Source: Mobula hypostoma (Eukaryota). From it: a DNA stretch of 64,000 nucleotides. A program made the position numbers and the translations under genes. The stretch is from NCBI RefSeq assembly GCF_963921235.1, contig NC_086108.1:21204001-21268000 (forward strand), given 5' to 3'. Below, piece by piece: positions 12,865-26,278 of this stretch. Positions within the stretch are counted from its first letter, which is position 1; each line of letters starts with the position of its first letter. The notes beneath the pieces were generated by a model. That model was not told where the DNA came from. It searched no databases and worked only from the letters and a program-made list of their open reading frames with translations.

Positions 12865-13425
12865 TGGTAATCTCTGCTCCATCTGTCAAAAGCAGAACCT
12901 CCCCATGGCTAAACATTTAAATTCCAATTCTTATTCCCATTCCAAAATATTGGTCCATAGTCTCCTCTTGTACCAAAATGAGGCCACCTGCAGGGTGAAG
13001 GCACAACATCTTATATTCATCTGGGGTAGCCTCCAACCTGATGGCATGGATATTGATTTCTCCTTCTGGTAAAACTTTGTTTTTTCTCTTGCCCCCTCCA
13101 CTTCTTCTATTCCCTGTTCTGGCCACTGACTCTTCTTACCTGCCTATCACCTTCCCCCGTGTCCCCCCTTTCTCTTTCTGTTATGATCCACTCTCCTCTC
13201 CTATCAGTTTCCTTCCTCTCTTTACCTTTACCTTTCCACACACCTTGTTTCACCTATCACTTTCTAGCTGCTCTCCTTCCCCTCTCCCCACCTTTTCATT
13301 CTGGCATCTTGCCCCTCCTTTTCCAGTCCTGAAGAAGAGCATCACCCTGAAATGCTGACTTTTTTATTCATTTCCATAGATGCTGTCTGACCTGCTGAGT
13401 TCCTCCAGCATTTTGTGGTTGTTAC
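12865..13425 (+). mobile_element. Penelope-like 3' fragment
   Basis: Peptide QHLIFIWGSLQPDGMDIDFS resembles the GIY-YIG C-terminal tail. Degenerate hammerhead at about 13325-13360 and the shared terminus. Confidence 0.7.
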
Positions 13426-13604
13426 GTCTGATAAAATACTGTCCAGCCAAGGGCATTGTTTTAAGGTTTTAAGGTCAAATGGCAGATTAATTCCAAACAT
13501 AGGGATAAATGCAACACATGCAACAGTTAAATTTTGTAGATTTAGTAATTATCTTAATTCTTTATATGGATAAAAAGAATATTAAATTATCATGTGTTAT
13601 GTGT

Positions 13605-14180
13605 ACACACTTCCACTTTCCATTCCCATATGTCAGTCCATGGCTTCCTCTACCGTCGTGATGAGGCCACTCTCAGATCGGAGGAGCAACACCTTAACAC
13701 ATTGGTAGCCTCCAACCTAATGGCATGAACATCAATGTCTACAACTTCCGGTAATGCCCCCACCCCTTCACCATTCCCCAATCCCTTTTCCTTCTCTCAC
13801 CTTATCTTCTTACCTGCCCATCACCTCTCTCTGGTGCTCCTCCATCTTTTCTTTCTTCCATGGTCTTCTGTCCTCTCCTATCAGATTTCCCCTTCTCTAT
13901 CCCTGTATCTTTTTCACCAACTTCCCAGCTCTTTACTTCACCCGTCCCCCCTCCTGGTTTCACCTGTCATTTTGTGTTTCTTCCTCCACCCCCCCCCCCG
14001 CCGCTTCCACTTTCCAACTCTGACTCCTCATCTTATTTTCTCCAATCCTGATGAGGGGTCTCAGCCTGACACGTCAACTATACTCTTTTCCATAGATGCT
14101 GCCTGGCCTGCTGAATTCCTCCAGCATTTTGTGTGTGTTGCTTGGATTTCCAGCATCTGCAGATTTTCTCTTGCTTGTAC
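13605..14180 (+). mobile_element. Penelope-like 3' fragment
   Basis: Same architecture as the other copies. Hammerhead at about 14044-14079 with GAAA changed to GACA. Confidence 0.75.
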
Positions 14181-14324
14181 TGTGCTTTACATCCTGGTTT
14201 GGAGAAATGTTATCCCATTTCTCTATACATCATATGATTATATACATGTATATGATTAAATGACAATAAATTTGACTTGACTTGACTAATTAATCTGTTA
14301 TTTGTTTATGACTTGGGCATCTCT

Positions 14325-17300
14325 ACATAGAACATAGAATAGTACAGCTCAGTACAGGCCCTTCAGCCCACAATGCTGTGCCGACCCTTAAACCCTGCTT
14401 CCCATATAATCCCCCACCTTAAATTCCTCCATATACCTGTCTAGTGGTCTCTTAAATTTCACAAGTGTATCTGCCTCCACCACTGGCTCAGGCAGTGCAT
14501 TCCACGCACCAACCACTCTCTGAGTAAAAAAACCTCTCTCTGATATCCCCTTTGAACTTCCCACCCCTTACCTTAAAACCATGTCCTCTTGTACCAAGCA
14601 GTGGTGCCCTAGGAAAGAGGTGCTGGCTGTCCACTCTATCTATTTCTCTTATTATCTTGTATACCTCTATCATGTCATCTCTCATCCTCCTTCTCTCCAA
14701 AGAGTAAAGCCCTAGCTCCCTTAATCTCTGATCATAATGCATACTCTCTAAACCAGGCAGCATCCTGGTAAATCTCCTCTGTACCCTATCCAATGCTTCC
14801 ACATCGTTCCTATAGTGAGGCGACCAGAACTGGACACAGTACTCCAAGTGTGGCTTAACCAGAGTTTTATAGAGCTGCATCATTACTTCGTGACTCTTAA
14901 ACTCTATCCCTCAACCTATGAAAGCTAACACCCCATAAGCTTTCTTAACTACCCTATCCACCTGTAAGGCAACTTTCAGGGATGTGTGGACATGTACCCC
15001 GAGATCCCTCTGCTCCTCCACACTACCAAGTAACCTGCCATTTACTTTGTACTCTGCCTTGGAGTTTGTCCTTCCAAAGTGTACCACCTCACACTTCTCC
15101 GGGTTGAACTCCATCTGCCACTTCTCAGCCCACTTCTGCATCCTATCAATGTCTCTCTGCAATCTCTGACATCCTCTACTCTATCCACAACACCACCAAC
15201 CTTTGTGTCGTCTGCAAACTTGCCAACCCACCCTTCTACCCCCACATCCAAGTCGTTAATAAAAATCTCGAAAAATAGAAGACCCAGAACCGATCCTTGT
15301 GGGACACCACTAGTCACAACCCTCCAATCCGAAGGTACTCCCTCCACCACGACCCTCTGCTTTCTGCAGGCAAGCCAATTCTGAATCCACCTGGCCAAAC
15401 TTCCCTGGGTCCCATGCCTTCTGACTTTCTGAATAAGCCTACTGTGTGGAACCTTGTCAAATGCCTTACTAAAATCCATATAGATCACGTCCACTGCACT
15501 ACCCTCATCTATATGCCTGGTCACCTCCTCAAAGAACTCTATCACGCTTGTTAGACACGATCTGCACTTCACAAAGCCATGCTGACTTTCCCTGATCAGA
15601 CCATAATTCTCTAAATGCCCATAGATCCTATCTCTAGGAATCTTTTCCAACAGCTTTCCTGCCACAGACATAAGGCTCACTGGTCTATAATTACCTGGAC
15701 TACCCCTGCTACCTTTTTTGAACAAGTGGACAACATTCGCCTCCCTCCAATCTTCCAGTACCATTCCTGTAGACAACGAGGACATGAAGATCCTAGCCAG
15801 AGGCTCAGCAATCTCTTCCCTTGCCTCATGGAGCAGCCTGGTGAATATTCCTTCAGGCCCCGGGGACTTTTCCGTCCTGATGCATTTTAACAACTCCAAC
15901 CCCTCCTCTCCCTTAATATCAAAATGCTCCAGAACATCAACCTCACTCATATTGCCCTCACCTTCATCAAGTTCCCTCTCATTGGTGAATACCGAAGAGA
16001 AGTATTCATTGAGGATACTCACTTCCACAGCCTCCAGGCACATCTTCCCATCTTTATCTCTAATCAGTCCTACCTTCACTCCTGTCATCTTTTTGTTCTT
16101 CACATAATTGAAGAATGCTTTGGGGTTTTTCTTTACCCTACTTGCCAAGGCCTTCTAATGCCCCCTTCTTGCTCTTCTCAGCCCCTTCTTAAGCTCCTTT
16201 CTTGCTTCCCTGTATTCTTCAATAGACTCATCTGATCCTTGCTTCCTAAACCTCATGTATGCTGCCTTCCTCCACCTGACTAAATTTTCCACCTCACTTG
16301 TCACCCATGGTTCCTTCACCCTACCATTCTTTATCTTCCTCACCAGGACAAATTTATCCCTAACATCCTGCAAGAGATCTCTAAACATCGACCACATGTC
16401 CATAGTACATTTCCCTGCAAAAACATCATCCCAATTCACACCCGCAAGTTCTAGCCTTATAGCCTCATAATTTGCCCTTCCCCATTTAAGAATTTTCCTG
16501 TCCTCTCTGATTCTATCCTTTTCCATGATAATGCTAAAAGCCAGTAGCGGTGGTCACTGTCCCCCAGATGCTCACCCACTGAGAGATCTGTGACCTGACC
16601 CAGTCTGTTACCTAATACTAGATCTAGTATGGCATTCCCCTAGTCGGCCTGTCAACATACTGCGACAGGAATCCGTCCTGGACACACTTAACAAACTCTG
16701 CCCCATCTAAACCATTGGAACTAATCAGGTGCCAATCAATATTAGGGAAGTTAAAGTCACCCATGATAACAACCTGTTATTTTTGCACATTTCCAAAATA
16801 TGCCTCCTAATCTGCTCCTCAGTATCTCTGCTGCTACCAGGGGGCCTATAAAATACTCCCAACAGAGTCACTGCTCCCTTCCTGTTCCTGACATTCACCC
16901 ATACTGACTCAAAAGGGGATCCCGCTACATTACCCAACCTTTCTGTAGCTGTAATCGTATCCCTGACCAGTAATGCCACCCCTCCTCCCCTTTTTCCACC
17001 CTCTCTATCCCTTTTAAAGCACTGAAATCCAGGAATATTGAGAATCCAATCCTGCCTTGGTGCCAGCCAAGTCTCTATTATGGCCACTACATCATAATCC
17101 CATATATGTACCCAAGCTCTCAGTTCATCACCTTTGTTCCTGATGCTTCTTGCATTGAAGTGCACGCACTTTAGCCCTTCTACCTTACTACCTTTACACC
17201 CTTCATTCTGCTTCTCTTTCCTCAAAGCCTCTTTATATGTTAGATCTGGCTTTACTCCATGCAGTATACTTGCAGTTCTCACATGACCTTTATCCTCCTC

Positions 17301-18370
17301 CACCTCACTATCTGCTCTAACACTCTGGTTCCCCTCCCCCTGCAAATGTAGTTTAAACCCCCCCCCCCTCCCCACCGGAGCAGCACTAGCAAACCTTCCC
17401 GCAAGGATGTTAGTCCCCCTCCAGTTCAGGTACAACCCGTCCCGTCGGAACAGATCCCACCTTCTGTGGAACAATTATCCAGAAACATGAAGCCCTCCCT
17501 CCTGCATCAACTCCTTAGCCACATATTTAGCTGCATTATCCTTCAACTTTGCACCTAACTCCCTAAACTCTCTTTGCAGGACCTCCTCCTTCTTCCTATC
17601 CACGTCATTGGTCCCTACATGGACCACAACATCTGGCTGCTCACCCTCCCTCTTGAGAATACTGAGAACTCGATCTGAGATATCGCGGACCTTGGCACTA
17701 GGGAAGCAACAGACCATCCAGGATTCTCGATCCCTCCCACAGAACCTCTTATTTGTCCCCTTAACCATCGAATCCCCTATCACTACTGCTCTCCTCTTTT
17801 CCCTCCTTCCCTTCTGAGCTGAGGCTCCTGTCTCTGTGCCAGAGACACAACCACTACAACTGGTGGGTCGTCCCCACCAACAGTATTCAAAACGGTATAC
17901 TTATTATTGATGGGAACGACCACAGGGGTGCTCTGCTCATTCTGTCTATTCCCCTTCCCTCTCCTGACAGTCACCCAGCTACTGTCTCCTGACTTTTAGG
18001 GGTAACTGTCTCCTTGTAACTCCTGTCTATTTCTGCCTCTGCCTCATGAATGATCCGAAGTTCATCCAGCTCTAGCTCCAGTTCCCTAACTCGGTTTGTC
18101 AGAAGCTGCAGCTGGATTCACCTTTTACAGGTGTAGTCATCAGGGACAATTGTGCTCGCCCTGACTTCCCACTTACTGCAAATGGAGCACTCGACTGCTC
18201 TAACTGCTGCCTCCATTACCTACCCCTGTTAATTAGATTAATTAAAGGAACTTACCCGGCCTTACCTCACTGGGAGCAGGCTTGTCCTCAGCCTCTGCTC
18301 TTACTCTGTCTCCCACTACTCCGTCACCCGCTCCGTTAATCTGCTCGCTTTTTAAATTCTCCCACTATCT
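14325..18370 (-). mobile_element. Near-full-length CR1 LINE (ORF1 zinc-finger/SGNH esterase; ORF2 APE endonuclease and RT), disrupted
   Basis: ORF1 starts near 18216 with a CxxC motif and has IGDSMV, VHVGTND and DGLYLN. ORF2 has NARSIRNK, ETWL, YRPP, YMDFSKAFDKV, GVPQGSVLG, KFADD and RRMRDDMIEVYKI. 3' (TTCTATG)n tail at about 14325-14340. Several stops and frameshifts. Confidence 0.93.
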
Positions 18371-18982
18371 CACAGGCCTGATTGCAGCAACATTGTGAAA
18401 TGTTAAATGATTAAGTCTGCCACGACATGACTCATCCTGGAAGGCTACACACCAATTGTTTATAAAGTTTTGAGGGTGAATGATGCACATTTTACACTAC
18501 AAAGTATTTTATCCAATTCCGTAAGCTGTGTGATTTGATCATAGGTTGCTATCTTATGTTTGAAAACAATTTAGTTTGACAATGTGATGTAAAAAAGTAA
18601 TTGTAAATACAATCATTTGCTTGTAAGCACAAATCAAATAGGAGTAAATTAATGCTTTCCAATTTTAATTTGTTTTAACAAGGTCACAAAGAGCTTACTA
18701 TATAATGGGTTTTCTTTCCTTTCAATGTTTATATCACAATCAATTTAATATTCTTGAATAGCTTCCATGTTCATCGAAATATTAGCCAGAAACTGTCATC
18801 TCATTGCAATGTTCAACAAATGCTCAACATTTAGTTTGAAAAGTCCCAGCTATTCCTCATTTTGGATAGAGAAAGTCTGACTGAAAGCTGTAGTAAGACT
18901 TAACAGAAACTTCTTTGCCCTGGAAATTTAGAAACTATCGACCGAATCAATAAGAATGAAGCGATAGCCTCCTCAATTTGAC

Positions 18983-19300
18983 AGAATCAGAATCAGGTTT
19001 AGTATCACTGGCATATGTAGAGAAATGTGTAAACTTTGCAGCAGCAGTACAATGAAATACATAATAATAGAATAAAAACTGTGAATTACAGTAAGTAGTG
19101 TTCATAGGTTCTATGTCCATTCATAAAACGGATGGCAGAGTTGTTCCAGAATTGAGTGTGTGCCTTTGGGCTTCTGTACCTCTTTCCTGATGGTAGCTCT
19201 GAGAACAAGGCATTACCTGGGTGATGGGAATCTTTAATGATGGAGACCACCTTTTTGAGGCATCGCTCCTTGAAAATACTGTAGAGGCTAGTGCCCATGA
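18983..19300 (-). mobile_element. Rex1/Babar-like 3' fragment
   Basis: Peptide IIKDSHHPGNALFSELPSGKRYRS; (ATTCTG)n tail. Confidence 0.65.
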
Positions 19301-19355
19301 CGAAGGAAAAAAGATTATAAAGATTCCGTAAGGAAAAAAGATTTAAAAAATGACC

Positions 19356-19443
19356 AACATACATCAAAGTTGCTGGTGAACGCAGCAGGCCAAGCAGCAT
19401 CTATAGGAAGAGGCGCAGTCGACGTTTCAGGCCGAGACCCTTC
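19356..19443 (-). mobile_element. 88-bp Penelope-derived mini-insertion, truncated in the hammerhead core
   Basis: Nearly identical to the 44342 insertion, with the same 3' end. No clear TSD. Confidence 0.75.
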
Positions 19444-20454
19444 CAGCTGATTTCCTGTTACCTAAGAATTCAATTTCAGACAGTGATAAAGGAGTTATTA
19501 TTTTCTCAATGAAATCAACGTCTTTTATTCAGTAAAAGATGAGGTGAGAGTAAGCAAAGCAATGGTCTACAAACAGATGATTTTTGTCAGTATTCTCTTC
19601 TCATTCCAATTGGATACAATTTGGGCCAGACTTGTTAAGCAAAAAGGTGGTTATTGAATGGAGGCAATGGATTAAATACAGGATGGGATTCATGGTTCCT
19701 TTGACCATTCTCTTGGCCAGGCCAATAGCAAATTTCCAATTCAGTGTTAATTGAAAGGAACCAACTCAGCACACTCTGGGAATCTGCATTACTAGTGGCA
19801 ATATTCAGCCACAAAGAATCAGAGGTTCCTCGATTCTCGGGAAATTATTTCCAAGGCCAGATGAGGATGAAATCTACAGTCCACTCCAAACAAGGAAGGG
19901 AAATCCCAGATATTGTACAGTGTGCTCTCCTATTAGTACAAACGAAATATAAAACTCAGTGTATTCTGTGCACCTTGGATCCTAACACACTGCAGAATCA
20001 AAGTCAGCACATGTTCAACTTCTGATTCTTTTTTGACATGGGCTCATTTCCGAAGAATTTTCAGCAGTTACCTGCCATTTGTGAATCTGATGTAAAAAGA
20101 CACAATTTGCTTCTCAAAACTAGCTTTTGCTGCTATGCCTCAGACACTGACATATCTTTGACAGATCTACTGAATGCCAAAACAAATGTAGTTATTCCTT
20201 TCAAGTTATTTGGATAAATATAAATTGAAGATATAAATTTAAAATACAATTTTCACTTACATATTTCAGTCTTAATATGAAAAAGAATGGACAATAACAT
20301 CCTTTGAACTTTCATCACCTTTCAATGAGACTGTTATTAAATCATGCAGTCCTTTGGTCCAGCAGGTTCATACTGACCATTCTTCCTAAACCCATTGACT
20401 ATCACTTGGTCAGTAGTCTTCTATGATTTGGTTTCTCAAGCACTTGTCTAAATA

Positions 20455-21540
20455 CCTTGGCCTCAATACCTCCTTGTGCAACGTGAACTTCAGTTTCCTT
20501 GCTTGCAGACCCAGTCAATTCGGATTTTCAAAAACATTTCCCCCACAATCTCCATCAGCACAGGTGCACCACAGGGCTGTGTGCTTAGCCCCCTGCTCTA
20601 TTCGCTTTACATTTATGACTGTGTGGCAATGCCATAGTTAAGTTTGCTGACGACACTACTGTTGTTAGCTGAATCAAAGGTGGTGTTGAATCAGCATAGA
20701 AGAGGTAGATTGAAAATTTGGCTGAGTGATACCACAACAACAACATTCAATGTCAGTAAGATCAAGGAGCTGATTACTGACTTCAGGAGGAGGAAAATGG
20801 AGGTCCATAAGCCAGTTATCATTTCAGCGGATCTGTCCTGGGTCATTTTTCATAAATGCAATTATTAAGAAAGCACAGCAAGGCCTGTACTTCCTTAGAA
20901 GTTTGCAAAGATTCAGCATGACATCTGAAACAAATTTCTATAGGTGTGTGGTGGAGAGTTTATCAACTGGTTGCATCACAGTCTGGTATGGAAACACAGA
21001 ACAGAAAATCCTATAAAAAGTAGTGGATATGGTCCAGTCCATCATTGGTAAAGCTTTCTGCACCATTGAACACATCTACATGGAGTGCTGTTGCAAGAAA
21101 GCAGCTCCATCATCAAGGACCCTCACCACCCAGTTCATGCTCTCTTCTCATTGCTGCCATCAGGAAGAAGGTACAGGAGCCTCAGACCCACACCACCAGG
21201 TTCAGGAACAGTTATTACCCCTCAACCATCAGGCTCTTGAACCAGAGGAGATAACTTCATTCAATTTTACTTGCCCCATCAATGTCTCACAACCTATAGA
21301 CTCACTTTCAAGAACTTTTCATGTCATGTTCTCAATATTTATTGCTTATTTAATTTCTTCTTTTGCATTTGCACAGTCTTTTGTCTTCTACACATTGGTT
21401 GTTTGTCCAAACTGTTGGGGGTGGTCTTTTATTGATTCTATTGTGTTTCTTGGACTTACTGTGTATGCCTACAAGAAAATGAATCTCAAAGGGTTGCATG
21501 TGGTGACATATATGTACTTTGTTATTAAAATTACTTAGAA
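20455..21540 (+). mobile_element. Rex1/Babar-like LINE RT and 3' fragment
   Basis: Decayed GAPQGCVLSP and FADDTT motifs, plus RFRNSYYPSTIRLLN. Confidence 0.75.
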
Positions 21541-21619
21541 CTTATAAAATTTTGTGAATACTGTATCTTCATTCCACTTAACCAACTAGATACTTTAGCA
21601 TTCTTAGTCAACAAAAATA

Positions 21620-24600
21620 CAGGTAGTAATTGGGGAACAAGGAAATAGAAGACAAACTGAATAAGTATTTTGCATTGGCTTCGCTGTGGAAGGCAATAGC
21701 AGTATGCTGGAGGTTTAAGAGTGTCAAGGGGCAAAAGTGAGTGAAGTTGCCTTTACTAGGGAGAAGGTACTTGGGAAACTGAAAGACCTGAAGGTAGATA
21801 AATCACCCGGACCAGATTATGCCTGGGCTCTGAAAGGTGACTGAAGAATTTGTGGAGACATTAGAATTGATCTTTCAAGAACCAAGAGATTCTGCAATGG
21901 TTCTGGAGGACTGGAAAATTGCAAATGTCACTCTACTCTTCAAGAAGAGAGAGAGGCAAAAGAAAGGAAACTATAAGCCAATTAGTCTTACCTCTGTGGT
22001 TGGGAAGATACTGGAGTTGGTTGTTAAGGATGCGGTTTCAGGGTATTTGGATGCACATGATAAAATAGCCTGTTGTCATCATGGTTTCCTCAATATGTCT
22101 TGCGGGACAACTCTGTTAGAGTTCTTTGAGGAAATTACAAGCAGGACAGACAAAGGAGAATCAGTGGATGTTCAGAAGGCCTTTGACAAGGTGACCCATA
22201 TGAGGCTGCTTAACATATTAAGAATACATGGGATTTCAGGCAAGATACTAACATGGATAGATCATTGGCTTACTGGCAGGATTAGGAATGAAGGGAGCCT
22301 TGTTCTGGTTGGCTGCCGGTGATGAGTGATGTTCCAGAGGGGTCTGTGTTAGGACCACTTCTTTTTACATTATACAGTGCTATAAAAAGTATTAATCTCC
22401 TCCCCTCCTTGGAAGTTTTCATGTTTTATTGCTTTACAACATTGAATCACAGTGAATTTAATTTAGCCTTTTTGACACTGATCAACAGAAAAATACTTTT
22501 TCATGTCAAAGTGAAAACAGGTCTCTACAAAATGTTCTAAATTAATTACAAATATGAAACACAAAATAATTGATTGCATAAGTATTCATCCCCTTCATGT
22601 CGGTATTTAGTAGATGCACCTTTGGCAGCAATTACAGCTCGCGTCTGTGTGGATAGGTCTTGATCAGTTTTGCCACACTCTATCAACTTTTCTGCTTTCT
22701 TCTTTACAAAACTGCGTAAACTCTGTCAGATTATATGGGGGTCATGAGTGAACAGCCCTTTTCAAGTCCACCCACAAATTCTCAATTGGATTGAGGTCTG
22801 GACTGTAACTTGGCCACTCCAGGACATTAACTTTATGGTTTTTAAGCCATTCCTATGTAGCTTTGTCTTTATGTTTGGGGTCATTGTCTTGCTGGAAAGC
22901 AAATCTTCTCCTAAGTTGCAGTTCTTTTGCTGACTGCATTAGGTTTTCCTCCAGGATTTCCCTGTATTTTGCTGCATTCATTTTACCCTCTACCTTCATA
23001 AGCATTCCAAGGCCCACTGCAGTGAAACATTTCCACAGCATGATGCAGCCACCACTGTGCTTCATGGTAGGGATGTGGTGTTTTTGATGATGTGCAGTGT
23101 TTGGCTTATACCAAACATAGCATTTGGTCAGATGCCAAAAGTTCAATTTTGGTTTTGTCAGACTATAGAATATTTTTCCAGCTGACTTCAGAGTCTCCCA
23201 TGTGCCTTCTGGCAAACTCTAGCTGAGATTTCATGTGTTTTTTTTCCCAACAGTGGTTTTCTTTTTGTCACTCTCCCATAAAGCTGCAACTGTCGAAGCA
23301 TCTAGACAACTGTTGTTGTATGTGTAGATACATCTCAACCACCAGAGCTTGTAACTCCTCCAGAGTTGTCATAGGTCCCTTGGTAGCCTCTCTAACTTGT
23401 CCCCTTCTTGCACAGTCACTCAGTTTTTGAGGACGGTCTGCACTATGCAGATTTACAGCTGTGCCATACTCTATCCATTTCTTGATGATTGACTTAACTG
23501 TACTCCAAGAGATATTCAGTGACTTGGAAATTTTCTTGTATCCATCTCTTGATTTGTGCTTTTCAATAACCTTTTTGCAGAGTTGTTTGGAATGTTCTTT
23601 TGTCTTCATGGTGTAGATTTTGCCAGGATACTGACTCACCAGCAGTTAATCCTTCCAGATACAGGTGATTTTTACTACAATCAATTGAAACACCTTGACT
23701 GCACATGGAGACCTCCATTTAACTAATTATGTGACTTCTACTACCAATTGATCGCACTAGTGATAATTTGGAGTGTCATAATAAAGGGGTGAATACTGAT
23801 ACAATCAATTATTTTGTGTTTTATATTTATAACTAATTTAGATCATTTTGTGGAGATTTGTTTTCACTTTGACACGAAGGTCTTTTTCTGTTGATCAGTT
23901 TCAAAAAGGACAAATTAAATCAACTTTGATTCAATGTTATAAAACTATAAAACATGAAAACTTCCGGGGGGGGGGAGGGTGAATACTTTTTATAGGCACT
24001 GTATATCAATGATTTGGACGACAGAATTGATGGTTTTGTGGCCAAGTGTGTGGACAATACAAAGATAGGTGGATGGGCAGGTAGTGTTGAGGAAACAGAG
24101 ATGCTGCAGAAGAACTTAGATTGAGAGAATGGGCAAAGAAGTGGCATATGGAATACAGTGTCAGGAAGCATTTGGTCATACACTTTGGTAGAAAAAGTAA
24201 AAGGTTCAAAGGTTCATTTATTATCAAAGTGTACAACTCTGAAATTCTTGTTCTCTGGATAGCTACGAAACCAAGAAAGAAAGGCAGCATGATCATCAGC
24301 CCTCAAATCCCACCTCCCCACACAAATAAATGAACAAAATGGAACAGGCACATCATTCCCAAAATCCCTCCCCCTGCACAAAAAAAAACTGAACAAAAAG
24401 AGAACAGGTATATCGACCCCCAGACTCTCCTTCATTCCAAAAAAGATGAGAAAGATTGGGTGAAAAACACAGCATATAATAAACCTTAAGACTGAATATA
24501 AGACTATAGTCCAAGCCCACATCCAAAACGTAGAAAATCTGGGTAACATACTCTGGGTACAGCAGCAGGCTCTCCCCTCTCCAGTAACGTAGCAGAGACA

Positions 24601-25826
24601 GGCAGCTGGCGCTTACCCCCCACAAGTGCCTCAGTGCTTCAGTCTCCCTCATTGCTTTAATTGGTGCACAATGGAAGCTTTAATTGGCGAAATGGAGTCA
24701 AACATCACTTGTGCTCTGCCCCACAGCCTACCCGCCACAAAGTTCACGCATGCTGCCTCCGCCTCCTGGAAACCTCTCGGAGACCGCAGAGCGTTGAAGC
24801 ACCCAAACAATCTCCAAACTTGCGCATTCACCTCAATGTTTCAATCTCCCTTGTCGCTTTAATCGGTGAACAACGGGGGCTTTAATCAGTGGAATGGAAC
24901 CGAACATTGGCTTACGCTCCATCACACAGCCTGCCTGTGCTCACTACCTCTGCCTCCCAGAATCTTCTCAGAGACTGCAAAGCACTGGAACACCCAAAAT
25001 GTTGCAAGACGCTCCCAACCACACCAGCTTCCTGGATTCAGATGCTCTAACTCCTCAGAGTACAGATAGCTAGTGCAGCCCTTTTAAGGGTTCAGGATGG
25101 TCCCACTAATAGGTAATCATGTTTTGGCAACAAGAATTCTATTTAAGGAACACCTGAACTAAGGTGCAGCGCTCAATCATAAGTGATATTGTCTAGTATT
25201 TGCTTTGAGCTCAGATCCAGTTTGAAATCCTGTCTTGAACCTTGCTTCAGATACCGCAGCACTTGGGTCCAAACCATCTCAAATGTTGGGGTATCTGAAG
25301 GTAGTTTACCCCACTAGGAGTATTGTGAACAGTTTTGGGCCCCTTATCTAAGAAAGGATGTGCTGACATTGGAGAGGATTCAGAGGATGTTCACAGGAAT
25401 GATTCCAGGAATGAAAGAGTTACCATATGACAACCAACTGATGGCTCTAGGGTTTGGGCTTGGATTCACTGGAATTCAGAAGAATGGTGGGGGGGGGGGG
25501 AATCCCAATGAAACCTATTGAATTTTGAATGGCCTCAAGAGAATGGATGTGAAGAGAGTATTTCCTATGGTAGGGGAGTCTAAGACCGGAAGGCACAGCC
25601 TCAGAATAGATGGATGTCCATTTAGAACAGAGATGAGGAGGGATTTCTTTAGCTAGAGAGGGGTGAATCTGTGGAATTCATTACCCTAGGTGGCTGTGGA
25701 GGTGCATTTAAGGCAGAGTTTGATAGATTCTTCATTAGTCAGGGCATGAAGGGTTATGGGGAGAAGGCAGGAGACTGGGGCTGAAAAGGAAATGAATCAG
25801 CCATGATGAAATGGCAGAGCAGACTT
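21620..25826 (+). mobile_element. Older CR1 ORF2 remnant, interrupted by Tc1 and another insertion
   Basis: RT peptides DWKIANVT, NYKPISLTSVVGK, KAFDKV and GSVLGPLLF, resuming after the Tc1 (INDLD, LREWAKKW). The 3' part lies at 25320-25826. Confidence 0.8.
22375..24001 (-). mobile_element. Full-length Tc1 DNA transposon (about 1.63 kb, long IR/DR-type TIRs), transposase pseudogene
   Basis: TA|CAGTG...CACTG|TA. Roughly 200-bp inverted ends. Peptides KTKEHSKQ..GYKKISKSL (paired-like HTH), [18 protein letters not shown] and SPDLNPIE. Confidence 0.93.
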
Positions 25827-26278
25827 AGACCATAAGACACAGGAGCAGAATTAGGCCATTCAGCTCATTGAGTCTGCTCCGCCATTTCATCATGGTGATC
25901 CCACTCAACCCTATACACCTGCCTTGATGCCCTGACCAATCAGGAAACTATCAACTTCCACCCTAAATATACCTACGGACTTGGTCTCCACCACAGTCTG
26001 TGGTAGAGCATTCCATAGATTCACTATGCTCTGGCAAAAAAAAAAATCTCCTTACCTCTGTTCTAAAAGGTCACCCCTCAATTTTGAGGCTGTGCCATCC
26101 TGTTCTGCATACCCCCACCATGGGAAACATCCTCTCCTGTCTAGTCCTTTCAATGACATCCCCACACATTCTTCTAAATTCTGGTGAGTACGGGCCCAAA
26201 GCTGCCAAACATTCCCCATATGTTAACCCCTTCATTCCCAGAATCATCCTTGTGATCCTCCTGTGGATTCTCTCCACT
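25827..26278 (-). mobile_element. CR1 3' fragment inserted in the tail of the preceding CR1
   Basis: ORF 26071-26289 has ERIHRRITRMILGMKGL...GWHSLKIEG. Confidence 0.7.

Noticed and set aside
14044..14079. Additional functional hammerheads (also about 1141, 4140, 10215, 13325, 35515, 36170, 52540, 60395, 63670)
   Set aside because: Each has substitutions or deletions in the CUGANGA, GAAA or GUC core, so they are predicted inactive relics.
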